Source: Okamejei kenojei
Lineage: Eukaryota
Assembly (NCBI GenBank): GCA_035221665.1
Contig: CM069131.1
Coordinates: 163,742,001 to 163,806,000, forward strand
DNA: 64,000 bases
Direction of reading: 5' to 3'
Below the pieces are notes generated by a model. The model was not told the DNA's origin, did not search any database, and was given only the letters and a program-made list of their open reading frames with translations. The position numbers and the translations under genes are program-made. Shown one piece after another: positions 24,632 through 38,039 of the stretch. Numbering within the stretch: the first letter of the stretch is position 1; every line of letters begins with the position of its first letter.

Positions 24632-24782
24632 AAAGTAATTGGTGGATTGTCCCAAGATCGATCAGCATCCAGGACCTCTTCAGTACAAGGACTGCCAGCG
24701 TTCTCTTGTTGGCTCGTCACTTGCTGCGAAAGTGCATCAAGAACATATTCGGCCTTCTGAATTAGCAAATCAATGTGCTCTT
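24632..24782 (-). CDS. C18orf54: C18orf54/LAS2 coding exon 3
   Basis: Acceptor CTGTCTTGTTTAG, donor TT|GTAAGT, 151 nt (phase 1 to 2); EEHIDLLIQKAEYVLD...SPCTEEVLDADRSWDNPPIT(F) (human DKIELLILKAK...EAERSWENIPVTF). Confidence 0.92.
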
Positions 24783-25989
24783 CTAAACAAGACAGAGGAG
24801 GAGGAGATTCTTTAACGAGAAAAAGATATTCATTCCATGGCTACAAATTTTCTAATTCAATATAACCTAATAAAATATAATTCAATATTACTGGCCTTTT
24901 ACCTTGCACTAAACGTGATACACTATGAATGGCTCGATTGTAACCATGTATTGTCTTTCTGCTGACCGATTAGCACTTTTCACTGCACCTCGGTACACGT
25001 GACAATAAATTAAAATGAACTGAGCATAACCTCCTTTTAGTACTATTTCAATCCCAGTAGACGCCACTGACACATCCTTGAGATCTTAGTTTTGGTATAA
25101 CACTGTCTCTACAGATTTTGACTGATCTCATTGCAGTTTCCGACTGATCAATTGTATTCTGTTCATGATCAAATTTCCGAAATCATCATTTCCCTCTGTG
25201 CTTTACCTGTTCAAGTCAAGTTGGGTTCATTGTCATATGCATAGGTTCGGTAATGTACAGGCACAATGAAGAAACTTGCATACAGCAGCAGCATCACAGG
25301 CACAGGACTCAGACAACAAACAAAAACAGAAATCATACACAAAATTGTACATCATTTGCAAATGAATTGTGCAAGACAGTAAAATGAAAACACTTTGCAT
25401 TAGTGCAATACAATTAGAAGCCAAATCCATGGTAATGTAAGAGGTTGCCCATAGCATTCCGTTGTCGAGGTAGGATTAGCATTGTGCTGATATGGTCGAT
25501 TCTTCAGGTTTTTTTTCCATTTGGGTATCAAGCCCAAAGCAATAAGTAGAAGGATCTGAAATAAATCCAAATACCTACTTGTCCCAATTATCATTATCTC
25601 TGTTATCAAATTATCAAAACTGAACAGTAATAGCCTATAATCTGTTTATTTGCACTTTATCAGTTTACTTATTCATGTGTGTATATGGTTGCATATGTAT
25701 ACAATGGTATATGGACACACTGATCTGTTCTGTATTCATGCCTACTATGTTCTGGTGTGCTAAAGCAAAGCAAGAATTTCATTGTCCTATCAGGGACACA
25801 TGACAATAAACTCTCTTGAACTCTTGAGAAGTACAATCAAGCATCAAGGAAGAAATAGCTAAGGTCCTGGCAGAGACTTTGTACCTTCCTTAACTGTTGA
25901 AAGTGGCCACAGGTAGATAGGGTGGTCAAAAAGGTTTCAGGCACATTGACCATCATTGAGCCTGAATAAGTATTGAGTATACTCAAAGT

Positions 25990-26399
25990 CTTTGGAGCGC
26001 AGAAGGTTAAGGGGGGACTTGATTGAGGTCTTTAAAATGATGAAAGGGATAGACAGAGTTGACGTGGATAAGCTTTTCCCATTGAGGGTAGGGAAGATTC
26101 AAACAAGAGGGCATGACATGAGAATTAAGGGACAGAAGTTTAGGGGTAACGTGAGGGGGAACTTCTTTACTCAGAGGGTGGTGGCTGTGTGGAATGAGCT
26201 TCCAGCAGAGGTGGTGGAGGCAGGATCGATTTTAACATTTAAAAGTAAAGTGGATAGGTATATGGACGTGAAGGGAATGGAGGGGTATGGTCTGAGTGCA
26301 GGTAGATGGGACTAGGGGAAAACAAATGGTCGGCACGGACTGGAAGGGCCGAGAGGGCCTGTCTCCGTGCTGTAATTGTTATATGGTTATATGGTTATA
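25990..26399 (+). mobile_element. CR1 3' fragment, (GGTTATAT)n-tail subfamily, inserted in an older CR1 (to ~26890)
   Basis: Near-identical to the 3' end of 43163-44825. Confidence 0.9.
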
Positions 26400-27839
26400 G
26401 AAGTTGGGAGGTCATGTTGCAGTTATACAAGATGTTGGTGAGGCTGCATTTAGAGTATTGTATTCATTTCTGGGCACCATGTTATAGGAAAGACGTTTTG
26501 TCAAGCTGGAAAGGGTACAGAGAAGATTTACCTGGATGTTGCTAGGACCTGAGAAGGCCAAAGCTATAGGGAGAGGTTGAGCAGACTAGGACTATTTCTT
26601 GGAGCACAGAGGATGGGGGTGGTGATCTTATAGAGGTGTACAAAATCATGAGAGGTAATAGATCGGGTTGAAGCACAGAGTCTCTCGCCCGTAGTAGGGG
26701 AATCGAGAACCAATGGACATCGGTTTAAGGTGAGGGGGGAAAGATTTAATAGGAAACTGTGGGATAACTTTTTCCACACAATCGATCGACTGATCGGTGT
26801 ATGGAACGAGCCGCCGGAGGAGGTAGTTGAGGCAGGTACCATCGCAACATTTAAGAAAAATTTAGACAGGTACATGGACAGGAAGGGTTTAGAATCTGTT
26901 GTTGGCTTGGTTTGTCCTGGTCTTTTGTTTCTCTCCCCATACCCCCCCCCCCCCCCCCCCCCCCCCCACACCAGTCTGTAGAAGAGTCCCAATCCGAGAG
27001 GTCATATAAGATAAGATATAGGTCACCTATCCATATTCTCCAGACATGCTGCCTGACCCACCGAGTCCAGCTTTTTGTTTCTATCTTTGCTACTGTGGGG
27101 GAAGTCTGAAGAAGGGTTCTGAGATGCTTCCTGAACTGCTGAGCTACTCCAGCACTCTGTCTTCTGACACGGCATGGTGTGTGGCACAATGGTAGAGCTG
27201 CTGCCTTACAGCGCCAGGCACCCGGGTTCGATCCTGAATGATCAAAATTCACCCTTAGGGGTGCTGTCTGTATGGAGTTTGAACGTTCTCCCCGTGACCT
27301 GCATGGATTTTCTCCGGGAGCTCCGGTTCCTCCCACACTTCAAAGACGTACAGGTTTGTAGGCTAATTGGCTTGGTAAAATTGTGAGTTGCTCCTAATGT
27401 GTGTAGGATAGATGGGACTAGGGGAAAACAAATGGTCGGCACGGACTGGAAGGGCCGAGAGGGCCTGTCTCCGTGCTGTAATTGTTATATGGTTAAATTG
27501 TGAGTTGCTCCTAATGTGTGTAGGATAGTGTTAGTATGTGGGGATTGTTCCTCTGCGTGGATTTGGTGGGACAAAGGGCCTGTTTCCATACTGTATCTCT
27601 AAACTAAACTAGAAGGATATGGGCCAAACGCTGGCAGGTGGGACTATTGTAGGTGGGACATGTTGGTTGGTGTGGGCAAGTTGGGCCAAAGGGCCTGTTA
27701 TAATGCTGTATGACTATGACTCTATGAATGAGGTGTGCTAATGTTGTGCCTTTATTTAAGAAGGTCTGCAAGGAGAAGCCTGGGAACCACAGGCCAAGTG
27801 GGAAAGATACTTGAGAGGTTTTCTGAAAGATAGGATGTA

Positions 27840-29430
27840 CAGTGCATTCAGAAAGTATTCAGACCCCTTTAACTTTTTCCACATTTTATTACGTTACAGC
27901 CTTAATCTAAAATTGATTAAATTCCTTTTTTTTATCATCAATCTACACACCATACCCCATAATAAAAAAGCGTGAACAGGTGTTTAGAAATGTTTGCAAA
28001 GTAATTAAAAAGAAATAACTGAAATATCACATTTACATAAGTATTCAGACCCTTTACTCAGTACTTTGTTGAGGCAACTTTGGCAGCGATTATAGCCTCA
28101 AGTCTTCTTGGGTTTGACAATACAAGCTTGGCACACCTGCATTTGGGTAATTTCTCCCATTCTTCTCTGCAAATCCTCTCAAGCTCTGACAGGTTGGATG
28201 GGGAGTGTCGATAAACAGCTATTTTCAGGTCCCTCCAGAGTTGTTCGATCACATTCAAGTCTAGGCTCTGGCTGGGCCACTCAAGGTGATTCACAGACTT
28301 GTCACGAAGCCACTCCTGCATTGTCTTGGCTGTGTGCTTAGGGTCGTTGTCCTGTTGGAAGGTGAACCTCTGCCCGTCTGAGGTCCAGAACGCTCTGGAG
28401 CAGGTTTTCATCAAGATCTCTCTGTACTTCGCTCCGTTCATCCTTCCCTCGATCATGACTAGTCTCCTAGTTCCTGCCGCTGAAAAACATCCCCACAGCA
28501 TGATGCTGCCACCACCATGGTTCACCATAGGTATGGTATTGGCCAGGTGATGAGCGGTGCCTGGTTTCCTCCAGACGTGATGTTGGCATTCAGGCCAATG
28601 AGTTCAATCTTGGTTTTATCAGATCTTGTTTCGGTGCCTTTTGGCAAACTCCAAGCGGGCTGTCATGTGCCTTTTACTGAGGAGTTACTTCCGTCTGGCC
28701 ACTCTACCATAAAGCCCTGATTGATGGAGTGCTACAGATATAGTTGTCCTTCTGGAAGGTTCTCCCATCTCCACAGAGGAACTCTGGAGCTCTGACAGAG
28801 TGACCATTGGGTTCTTTGTCACCTCCCTGACCAAGGCCCTTCTCCCCCGATTGCTCAGTTTGTCTGGGCGGCCAGCTCTATGAAGAGTCCTGGTGGTTCC
28901 AAAGTTCTTCCATTTAAGGATGACGGAGGCCACTGTGCCCTTCGGCACCTGCAATGCTGCACAAACTGTTTTACACCCTTCCCCAGATCTGTGTCTTGAC
29001 ACAATCCTGTCTCGGAGGTTTACGGACAATTCCTTCGTTTTCATGGCTTGGTTTTTGCTCTGACACACACTGTCAACTGTGGGACCTTATATAGACAGGT
29101 GTGTGCCTTTCTAAATCATGTACAGTCAATTTAATTTACTTCTGGTGGACTCCAATCAAGTTGTAGAATCATCGCAAGGATAATCAATGGAAACAGAATG
29201 AACCTGAGCTCAATTTTGAGTGTCATAGCAAAGGGTCTGAAAACTTATGTAAATGTGATATTTCAGTTATTTATTTTTAATTACTTTGCAAACATAATTT
29301 TCGCTTCTTCATTCTGGGGTATTGGGTGGAGATTGATGATTTTTAAAAAAAATAATCCATATTAAAATAAGGCTGTAACGTAACAAAATCTGGAAAAAAT
29401 GAAGGGATCTGAATACTTTCAGAATGCACA
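27840..29430 (-). mobile_element. Tc1 DNA transposon with disrupted transposase
   Basis: TA|CAGTGCATTCAGAAAGTATTCAGACCCCT left TIR and inverted right end; ~210-bp TIRs with internal repeat; ORFs 28685..29068 (paired-like HTH, GRP) and 28058..28528 (QQDNDPKH...LNVIEQLW); inserted in a CR1 remnant. Confidence 0.95.
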
Positions 29431-31521
29431 CTATCTACCTGAACTGATCAGCAATAATCAGCATGGCTTAGTGCAGGTCTCATGAATTTGATTGAATGTT
29501 TTGCAGAAGCAACCCAGAGGATTGAGTCCAGTTTATTTGGACTTTAGTAAGGCTTTTCACAAAGTCTGAAGATAGACACAAAAAGCTGGGGTAACTCAGC
29601 AGGACAGGCAGCATCTCTGGAGAAAAGGAATGGATGACATTTCAGGTCGAGACCCTTCTTCAGGTCCCACCGACTAGGCTGGAGCAGGGTAGGAAGGTGA
29701 AATCATATGAGATCCAGAGATGGCAAACAAACTGAATATAACATTGGCTTGGTGGGAAGAATAAGAGGTTGGGTCCCTTGCTGTTTGCCATACATATTAA
29801 CGATTTGAATGAGAATGTAGGTGGCATGATTAATAGGTTTGTGGATGACACTAAACTTGCTGGTGAAAGATGTCATTGGATCAACAGAATCTAAGTCAAA
29901 TGGGAAAGCAGGCAAAGGAATGGTAGATTGAATTTAACACAGACAAGTGCAAGATGGTGTATTTTGGGAAGTTAAACCACGGCAGGACATACACAGTAAA
30001 TGACAGTGACCTAGGGGTAAAGGTACACAGTTCCGTGAAAGTGGAGAAGGAGGTGGACAAGGTAGACATGAATACTGTGTAAGAAGGAACTGCAAATGCT
30101 GGTTTAAACCGAAGATAGACACAAAAAGCTGGAGTAACTCAGCGAGACAGGCTGCATCTTTGGAGAGGAATGGGTGACCCGAAACGTCAGAATTCCACAG
30201 ATTCACCGCCCTCTGACTAAAGAAATGTCTCTTCATCTCCTTCAACATGTTGGTTTGTAGTCACGTTTCTCACAATTAGATCACTTTTGCACGAACATTA
30301 TTTTTCTTGTTACGCACTAGATAAACAGCAAGGCCACATTGTACTTTTTAAATAGAATCAGTTTACACATCTCCAAAACAAAACCCTGAATGTAAATGCT
30401 AATTGCTCCTGTCATATGCACATTTTACAACCAAGCAGATGTAAATACTACCAATCTGAAAAAATACAGAAAATTCTGGAAATGGTTTATTCTGTATTCA
30501 TGAAGAGAAAAGGTCACCTTTTGGAATGGCAGGTACTGTATATCACTTATGTTTGGCTAAGATCAATAGGCATTTTAGAAAGGTTGAAAATCAGTATGAC
30601 AGCCAATAAATGTATAGATTATGTTAAATGCTCTACATGCAGCTTAATCAAAAAGTTAATGATATAAAAGATATTTCATAAAGGATAAATAATCTTTATG
30701 TTGAGACGAGGCTAACAAAGGTGCAAGAGAGATCAACACACATTAAAAGCATAAGACAAAGCAAGTTTAGCTTGCTGGCCCTTGTCTGGAGGGGTATTGA
30801 GTCTGAGACATCTCTAATCTTGTACATTTGATGGAGTGCAGAAGAGATTCACCGGGATTGTGCCTGGAATGGTGGCCTTTAAAAACAAGGAGAGTTTAGA
30901 CAGGTTGGGATTGTTCTCACTGTAGAGCAAGAGACTGAGGAGTGGTTATACAGAGGTTTATAAAATTCTGAAGGCTATAGATAGGGTAGAGAATCAGTCT
31001 TTCTTCAAGGGTAAGAGGTTTCTAAAACTCAGAGGGCATCGGCCACAGGTGAGATAGGAAATATTTAAGAATTCTGAAATGTTCACCGACAATGGTGGGA
31101 AGATGGAACAAGTTTCCAGAGGAGGTAGTAGAGGCAGATACAATCACAGCATTTAAAATACATTTGGACAGATACATGGATAGGAAAGGAAAGAGGGAAA
31201 CCATAAGGAACTGCAAATGCTGGAATCTTGAGTAAATCCCAAATGCTGGAGTAACCCAGCGACTTGGGCAGCATCTCTGGGGGGAATGGACAGACGACTT
31301 TTCAGACTGAAGGAGGATCCTGACCCCCAAACATCAATCTGGCCATTCTCTCCAGAGATGCCACCTGACCTGCTGAGTTACTCCAGCTCTTCATGTTTTA
31401 CTCAGGAATGGAGCGATATGGGCCAAATGGGAAAGATGGGATAGGTATCTTGATTGCCATGGACACATCGTTCTATGAATCATTTTATTAACCTTTATTC
31501 CCACACTATATGTTACTGTAC

Positions 31522-32382
31522 CTCTGAATGGTTTACTGCTGTGGGAATCCTCCACCTCTTGAGTATGACACTGGGTTAATGCACCGTGCAGCCTGTGCCA
31601 AGGTGACCTTTGCAAAAAGCCACGGGTGCCTGGCTGACGAGTGTGGTTGTGAAACTCTTGATCTTCACTGTTTGAGTAATGGGCAAAATGTTCATGTCTT
31701 GGCATACTTTTAGCGGCACTGGAGTGTAACTTGAAGTCTACAAGCTCAGTCTCACAATGAGTGTCCTGGGAACTTCCATTCAATGCAACCGGGTCATTTA
31801 AATCAGAGCCAAGGTCACAATTTTGAAGCCAGCCGGGGTACTTCAGCTCAGGAATGCTGCTTATTCCAGAAACACTCAGCTCAGATTTTTGGCTGGTTAA
31901 CCATCTCGGATAATTCTGCCGGGAAAGAGAGTTAAGTTTGTGGTCTCCAAATCGACAGCCTTTCGCAGAAGGGCCTCCTGGAACAAAAGGGGCCTCATAT
32001 TTACCTCCTGAGCATGCCCCCCTCATTGAATGCACAATTCGAGAAGGTTTGAGACTGGCAGTCCTATTTAATGGCTTATCCCCAGCTTTCCTAGAAGACA
32101 GTGCAAAACTGTCATTGTTCCTGCGTTGCCAGTCCTCATAAGACACTGAAGGTGGCTTTAGCGACGCGTAGGAGTTGTGTTTCAATCGTGTTCCCAATTG
32201 CTGTTTGGTGTCTGTCCAGCAATGTTGTGCGGAGGCTCGAGTCAGTGGTAGGGAGCCATCCGGTGGCAAATTCACAAGATCGTCAGTGGTGAGGCTCATG
32301 AGGTCCGGCTCACTATCTATCCGCCTCTGCAAAGGTCGACTGAGAAAATCCAAACCTCTGAAGGAATGCTGCTGTCTAAAAA
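31522..32382 (-). CDS. C18orf54: C18orf54/LAS2 coding exon 2
   Basis: Acceptor CTTTTTCCTTGTAG, donor G|GTACAG, 861 nt (phase 1 to 1); motifs MSLTTDDLVNLPPDGS and NYPRWLTSQKSELSVSGISSIPELKYPGWL. Confidence 0.93.
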
Positions 32383-33088
32383 CTACAAGGAAAAAGAGTT
32401 ATTTAACTATAATCATACTTAACACCCTTAGTGGCTAGAATTAACGATAGCAAATCCTGCAGCATATAATGGCTTATCGACAAACTCCAGCCTGGATGAT
32501 TGTTTAGTTTAGTGATACAGCACGGAAACAGGCCCTTCGACCAGCGATCCCTGCAGATTAACACTATCCTACACACACTAGGGACAATTTTACATTTATA
32601 CCAATCCAATTAACCTACAAACCAGTATGTGGGAGGAAACCGAAGATCTCAAGAGAAAACGGAGAGATCGTACAAATGTGGTACAGACCGTAGTATGGAT
32701 TGAACCCGGGTCTCTGGCGCTGTACGGCAGCAACTTTACTGCGCCACCTGCTGGGGGGGATGGGAATTATCCCGTAATCCCAAGCTTTGGTCCAAGTGTG
32801 AGTGGTTCCAAAATGAACAATAACTGATGTCATGAAATACAAAGTGAGGAGGTGCGAGCTCCCACTAGCTTGGATGTAAGCTAAGGAGTCTACATCTGGT
32901 CACCCATGGTATTGTGCCCAGCCATGTCACTCCCTACAGAAGGGAAAACAGAGATGGGAAAACAAAATGTAACCACGTAATTCATTTTACAAAAATTTGG
33001 ATTTGCTCAGTAGAAGACTGAATTTAAAAACCTGGAGATACCTGTAAGCATTATTTTAATAATAGCAGTGATTAGCCTCCTACCTTTG

Positions 33089-33509
33089 TTATTGGATTAC
33101 ATAAAGACTGAAATAATGAATTCAAAGAGAAAAGATGAAATAAATTGTGATGAGAAATATATATTTATTTATATAAATAACCTTTGTTATTGGATCTCAA
33201 ATTACTTTTCAAAATAAAGTAAACAAAAAGTTAAAATAATTCATGGTCATTTTGCTATAGAAGGAAGCCATTGAGTGCCTGACTGCTCTGTGTTCAGCAA
33301 TCCATTTATTTCCCAATCTTTCCCTTCAGCCCTGTAAATATAGACCCATCCAATTCCATCTTGAAAGCCCTGAATAACAGCGTTTCCACTGCCCTAAAGG
33401 CAGCAACTGTGGGTCATGAAGAACTGTTAATAAATATATATTTCTCATCACAATTTATTTCATCTTTTCTCTTTGAATTCATTATTTCAGTCTTTATGTA
33501 ATCCAATAA
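33089..33509. repeat. Perfect 81-bp inverted repeat (33089-33169 / 33429-33509)
   Basis: Direct base-by-base reading. Confidence 0.9.
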
Positions 33510-34071
33510 TACGAACTGATCTTTACCCTATACAAAGCAGACATGAAATGGTGTTTCTCAATGACATTTCCCCACAACCTTCTTTGCTCCATGGAGAACA
33601 ACCCCAGGTTCTCCACTTTTACCTTGCACATGAAATAGACAATAGGTGCAGGAGTAGGCCATTTGGCCCTTTGAGCCAGCACCGCCATTCAATGTGATCA
33701 TGGCTGATCATACCCAATCAGTACCCCGTTCCTGCCTTCTCCCCATCCCTGGAACCATTCCCATAAATATTTCCTGCAACCTTTTAACGTTCTTGCTAAA
33801 ATGTGGTGACCAGAAATAAGTACAATATTCCAGCTACAGTTTAACCACTGATGCATGCTTTGTACTGTTTTCATCAATGAAGCTTAGCATCCCGCACATT
33901 CTGAACGACTCACTCAATATTAAGACCGCTTCCAAATACTCATTCAAATATTCACATACAGTGGGTCCCTCTGTTGCTACAGACTCTGTAGTCCAAATTG
34001 TGATGCCATGTTCCAACCGCCACAAGGTTTTCAAAATCATCAAGAAATGTGTTGATTCGCAAGATTTTCAA

Positions 34072-34555
34072 TAAATAATAGGTGCAGGAGTAGGCCATTC
34101 GGCTCTTTGAGCCAGCACCGCCATTCACTTTGATCATGGCTGATCATCCACAATCAGTACCCCGTTCGTGCCTTCTCCCCATATCCCCTGACTCCGCTAT
34201 CTTTAAGGCCTCTATCCAACTCTCTCTTGAAAGCATCCAGGGAATTGGCCTCCACTGCCTTCTGAGGCAGGGAATTCCACAGATTCACAACCCTCTGTGT
34301 GAAAAAAGTGTTTCCTCATCTCCGTTCTACATAGTTTACCCCTTATTCTTAAACTGTGGCCCCTGGTTCTGGACTCCCCCAATATCGGGGACACGTTTCC
34401 TGCCTCTGGCGTATCCAAACCCTTAATAATCTTATATGTTTCAATAAGATCCCCTCTCATCCTTCTAAATTCCTGAGTATACAAGCCCAGCCGCTCCATT
34501 CAATCAACATGACAGTCCTGCCATCCCGGGAATGAACCTTGTGAACCTATGCTCA
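34072..34555 (-). mobile_element. CR1 3' fragment
   Basis: ORF 34212..34499 RRMRGDLIETYK plus CR1 3' UTR. Confidence 0.88.
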
Positions 34556-35662
34556 CGTGACTTGACGTAACATACATAATGTACTATAAATAATCACACT
34601 AAAGCACACAGATCTTTCCCATCTCTCTTGTGTTTCCAGTATTACAAGTGATAGCACATGTATTTCTTTGGCATTAAAACTCTCGGGACCTTCTGAGACT
34701 GTAAAAGGCACTATAAAATACGAGTTATATTATTAAAAAATGAAAGAGCTTCAAGAAAACATTAACTGAGAAATCAATTAGAACAAATCTCAAACTAGTT
34801 CTTTCTTTTGAAGGGTCTTGACCGGAAACATTACCCATTCCTTCTCCCCAGAGATGCTGCCTGTCCCGCTGAGTTACATAGAAAATAGAAAATAGGTGCA
34901 GGAGGAGGCCATTCGGCCCTTCGAGCCAGCACAGCCATTCATTGTGATCATGGCTGACACTCTATCATTTTGTGCCTATCCTTCTTTTGAGGCATGTTTC
35001 CAAATTACAGCAAGCCCTATCAGTGGTCATAGATTTGGATACAAAAATTAAGTACAAATCATAATTATGAGGGTCTGCTCATAACAAAAGGGATGTATGT
35101 AAATCTGCATGTAGAAGAGATTTAAATAAGGTCAATTATCTAAATGCATCATGTTGTGTTATATCCAAACCATATGGGATAGAAAAGCTCCGTTCATTTT
35201 CCCAAGTTAGCTATCCGTCCAAGAGAAAGAGATTGGCTAAAGCAAATATCTATTTCCAAGAAGTGGGATGGGGGAAGGAAATTACCAGTGACTTAGAGGT
35301 GATAACCAAAGATCGTAGAAGGCTCTAATATCTTTGGTGATGACTGCTGACCCGCCACACAGTGTGTGCAGGAAGTAAATTGCTTTGTTGGACAGGTGAC
35401 TAGTTGTCTGCCAATACTCACATGTTGACACGTTGCTCTTTCACATGCAGCGTCCAGCAAGTCCATGCATTCTAGAGAGGTGGTGACCTCTTCACAGACA
35501 CTACATGAAAGGCTGGGTTATGAGTCAGAATCGCACAGCAGGGAAACAGATCCTCCCAGCATCACTCGTTTGCACTATTCCTACATCAAACTCATTTCAT
35601 TCGCCGTACATCCCAAATTTCACATCAACATGGCACCGGTTGAGGGAAGGAAGCATTCTTAC

Positions 35663-35951
35663 CTTCTTCTCTGTTGTGGGGAGAAGTGGAAAACAGTTTG
35701 GAGCTGCTTTCCGAATGTAGTTTGTTTGCATGATACGGAGATGACAGCTTTTTTTCAAAATTGTCAATATAAGCTTCCAGAGCCTCTGATGCTGACTGGT
35801 AATTTATACCTCGATAGAGGACAGAGCTGGGACATTGGGTGGAGCCCTGGGAACAACAGCCATGCCCATAACTTGTACCAGTTAACAACTTAGATAGTGT
35901 AGAATCTGGAGAATGGAAGGACAGCCCATGGTCCATGTTGATCGCTGTCAT
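35663..35951 (-). CDS. C18orf54: C18orf54/LAS2 coding exon 1 (exon starts 35974, ATG 35951)
   Basis: Acceptor TTTTTGTGTTGCTAAG, donor G|GTAAGA; YRGINYQSASEALEAYIDNF resembles human YKDKLYRSASQALQAYIDDF. The seven exons total 1704 nt, 567 aa plus stop. Alternative start ATG at 35936. Confidence 0.9.
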
Positions 35952-36107
35952 GACATCTTGCAACTTTATCTCTCCTTAGCAACACAAAAACAAAACAAAA
36001 AGATAATGTGAAAAAAATGTGTTGATCTACTTTTAAAGCATTTTTAACAATTAAGTATTCAGTGGATTGTACAGCAATTGTATAATTGTATTAGGACATT
36101 GGTGAAT

Positions 36108-36247
36108 NNNNNNNNNNNNNNNNNNNNNNNNNNNNNNNNNNNNNNNNNNNNNNNNNNNNNNNNNNNNNNNNNNNNNNNNNNNNNNNNNNNNNNNNNNNNN
36201 NNNNNNNNNNNNNNNNNNNNNNNNNNNNNNNNNNNNNNNNNNNNNNN
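36108..36247. other. Assembly gap (140 N)
   Basis: N run. Confidence 1.
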
Positions 36248-36249
36248 GT

Positions 36250-37090
36250 TTAAATCAACTCACGTTGAAGCCAAAGTGCTTTACATAGAAGAAATAATTA
36301 GGTTTCCGTAAATCCATAGAAAAATTAAAAAAATAAAAATGATACAACACATTATAGAATTTAACGAACATCCTCCCCCACAGCATAATCAAACTTTTCC
36401 ACTGTGGGGAAAGGCATCCGAAAGTTCAGTCCTCTTCCTCTGTGATCACCCGAGGTCGGGGCCTATTTGTGGCCTCCGCAGCCTGCCCGATGTTTTCAGG
36501 CCCTCTTGCCAGATGATGGAGCTCCAGCGTCGGGAGAATCACTCCTCAGAGGCATGGAGTGTCTGGAACAACCGCTCCCTCCCCGGAGACCCCGTGGCTC
36601 CCGATGTCCATAGGCCGCGCTGGTCGGAGCTCCGACTCTGGCGATCTCGGCGAGAGATCCCAGGCTCCCCGGTTTTGAAATCCAGCGCCGCCCGCAGCTG
36701 GACGTTCCGCAGACCGCAGCTCCTCAATGTTGGAATCGGTGGTCACAGCACTCCGGAGCTTACCGCACGGCGTCCCAGTAAGGCATCGCCAGCTCCTTGA
36801 CCGTGTTTCAATGCTGCGCCGCCTTCGAAGCTGGGGTTCTGACCGGTCCCGACAGGATACGCCGCTCCAATCCGATGGTAGGCCACGAGGAAGGGGCGAA
36901 GAAGCAGCTCAGAGGGAAGCCGCCTCTCCGACCAGGAAGGGACTAGGAAATAAAGTTTCCCCCTTCCCCTTACCCCACCCACCACATAAAAGACCTACAA
37001 CAAACTTTTTTTTTTAAACAGGACTAAAAATAAAAATTAAAATGGGTGAAAGGACAGACTGCAGGCAGAGCAGCCATACACAACGGCGCC
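36250..37090 (-). mobile_element. GC-rich composite non-autonomous retroposon
   Basis: Shares head, GC-rich body and 3' hairpin with 39437-40208. Confidence 0.7.
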
Positions 37091-37112
37091 CCACTCCAGC
37101 AGTCCACCAAGC

Positions 37113-37915
37113 GACAAGTGTAGCATTTCCTGCAGTTGCAAGGGAAAGTACCAGGGGAGGGGGTAGTTTGGGTGGGAAGCGACGATTTGACCAAGGAGTT
37201 GTAACTGCTCTACATCGGTGAGACCAAGCGTAGGCTTGGCGATCGCTTCGCCCAACACCTCCACTCAGTTCGCAATAACCAACCTGATCTCCCTGTGGCT
37301 CAGCACTTCAACTCCCCCTCCCATTCCGAATCTGACCTTTCTGTCCTGGGCCTCCTCCCTGGCCAGAGTGAGTCCCATCACAAATTGGATGAGCAGCACC
37401 TCATATTTCGCTTGGGTAGTTTACACCCCAGCGGTATGAACATTGACTTCTCCAACTTCAGGTAGTCCTTGCTTTCTCCCTCCTTCCCCTCCTCTTCCCA
37501 GCTCTCCCACAGCCTACTCTTCCCCCATCCCTACATTAGTCTGAGAAAAAACGTTTTCACCCAGAGAGTTGTGAATTTGTGGAATTCCCTGCCACAGAGG
37601 GCAGTGGAGGCCAATTCATTGGATGGATTTAAGAGGGTTAGATAGCGCTCCAGGGGCTAGTGGAGTCAAGGGATATGGGGAGAAGGCAGGCACGGGTTAT
37701 TGATTGGGGACGATCAGCCATGATCGCAATGAATGGCGGTGCTGGCCTGAAGGGCCAAATGGCATCTTCCCGCACCTATTTTCTATGTTTCTAAGGGTCT
37801 CGACCTGAAACGTCACCTATTCCTTCGCTCCATAGATGCTGCGTCACCCGCTGAGTTTCTCCAGCATTTTTGTCTACCTTTGATTTTTCCAGCATCTGCA
37901 GTTCTTTCTTAAACA
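37113..37915 (+). mobile_element. Penelope-like element 3' remnant: GIY-YIG endonuclease C-terminus plus terminal repeat with hammerhead split by a CR1
   Basis: 37205-37465 reads LLYIGETKRRLGDRFAQH...PVAQHFN...EQHLIFRLGSLHPSGMNIDF; inverted piece 37113-37200 encodes GTFPCNCRKCYTC; CR1 37544-37792 lies between GTCTGA and AAGGGTCTCGACCTGAAACGTC. Confidence 0.88.
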
Positions 37916-38039
37916 TAAACTAAACTGAACTCAGTGGGTAATGATAATTATTTAATTTATTTAATAACTGTGGGCGGCACGGTGACACAGCAGTAGAGTT
38001 GCTTCCTTAAATAAATAGCATCAATAGGTAGCACTCCAC

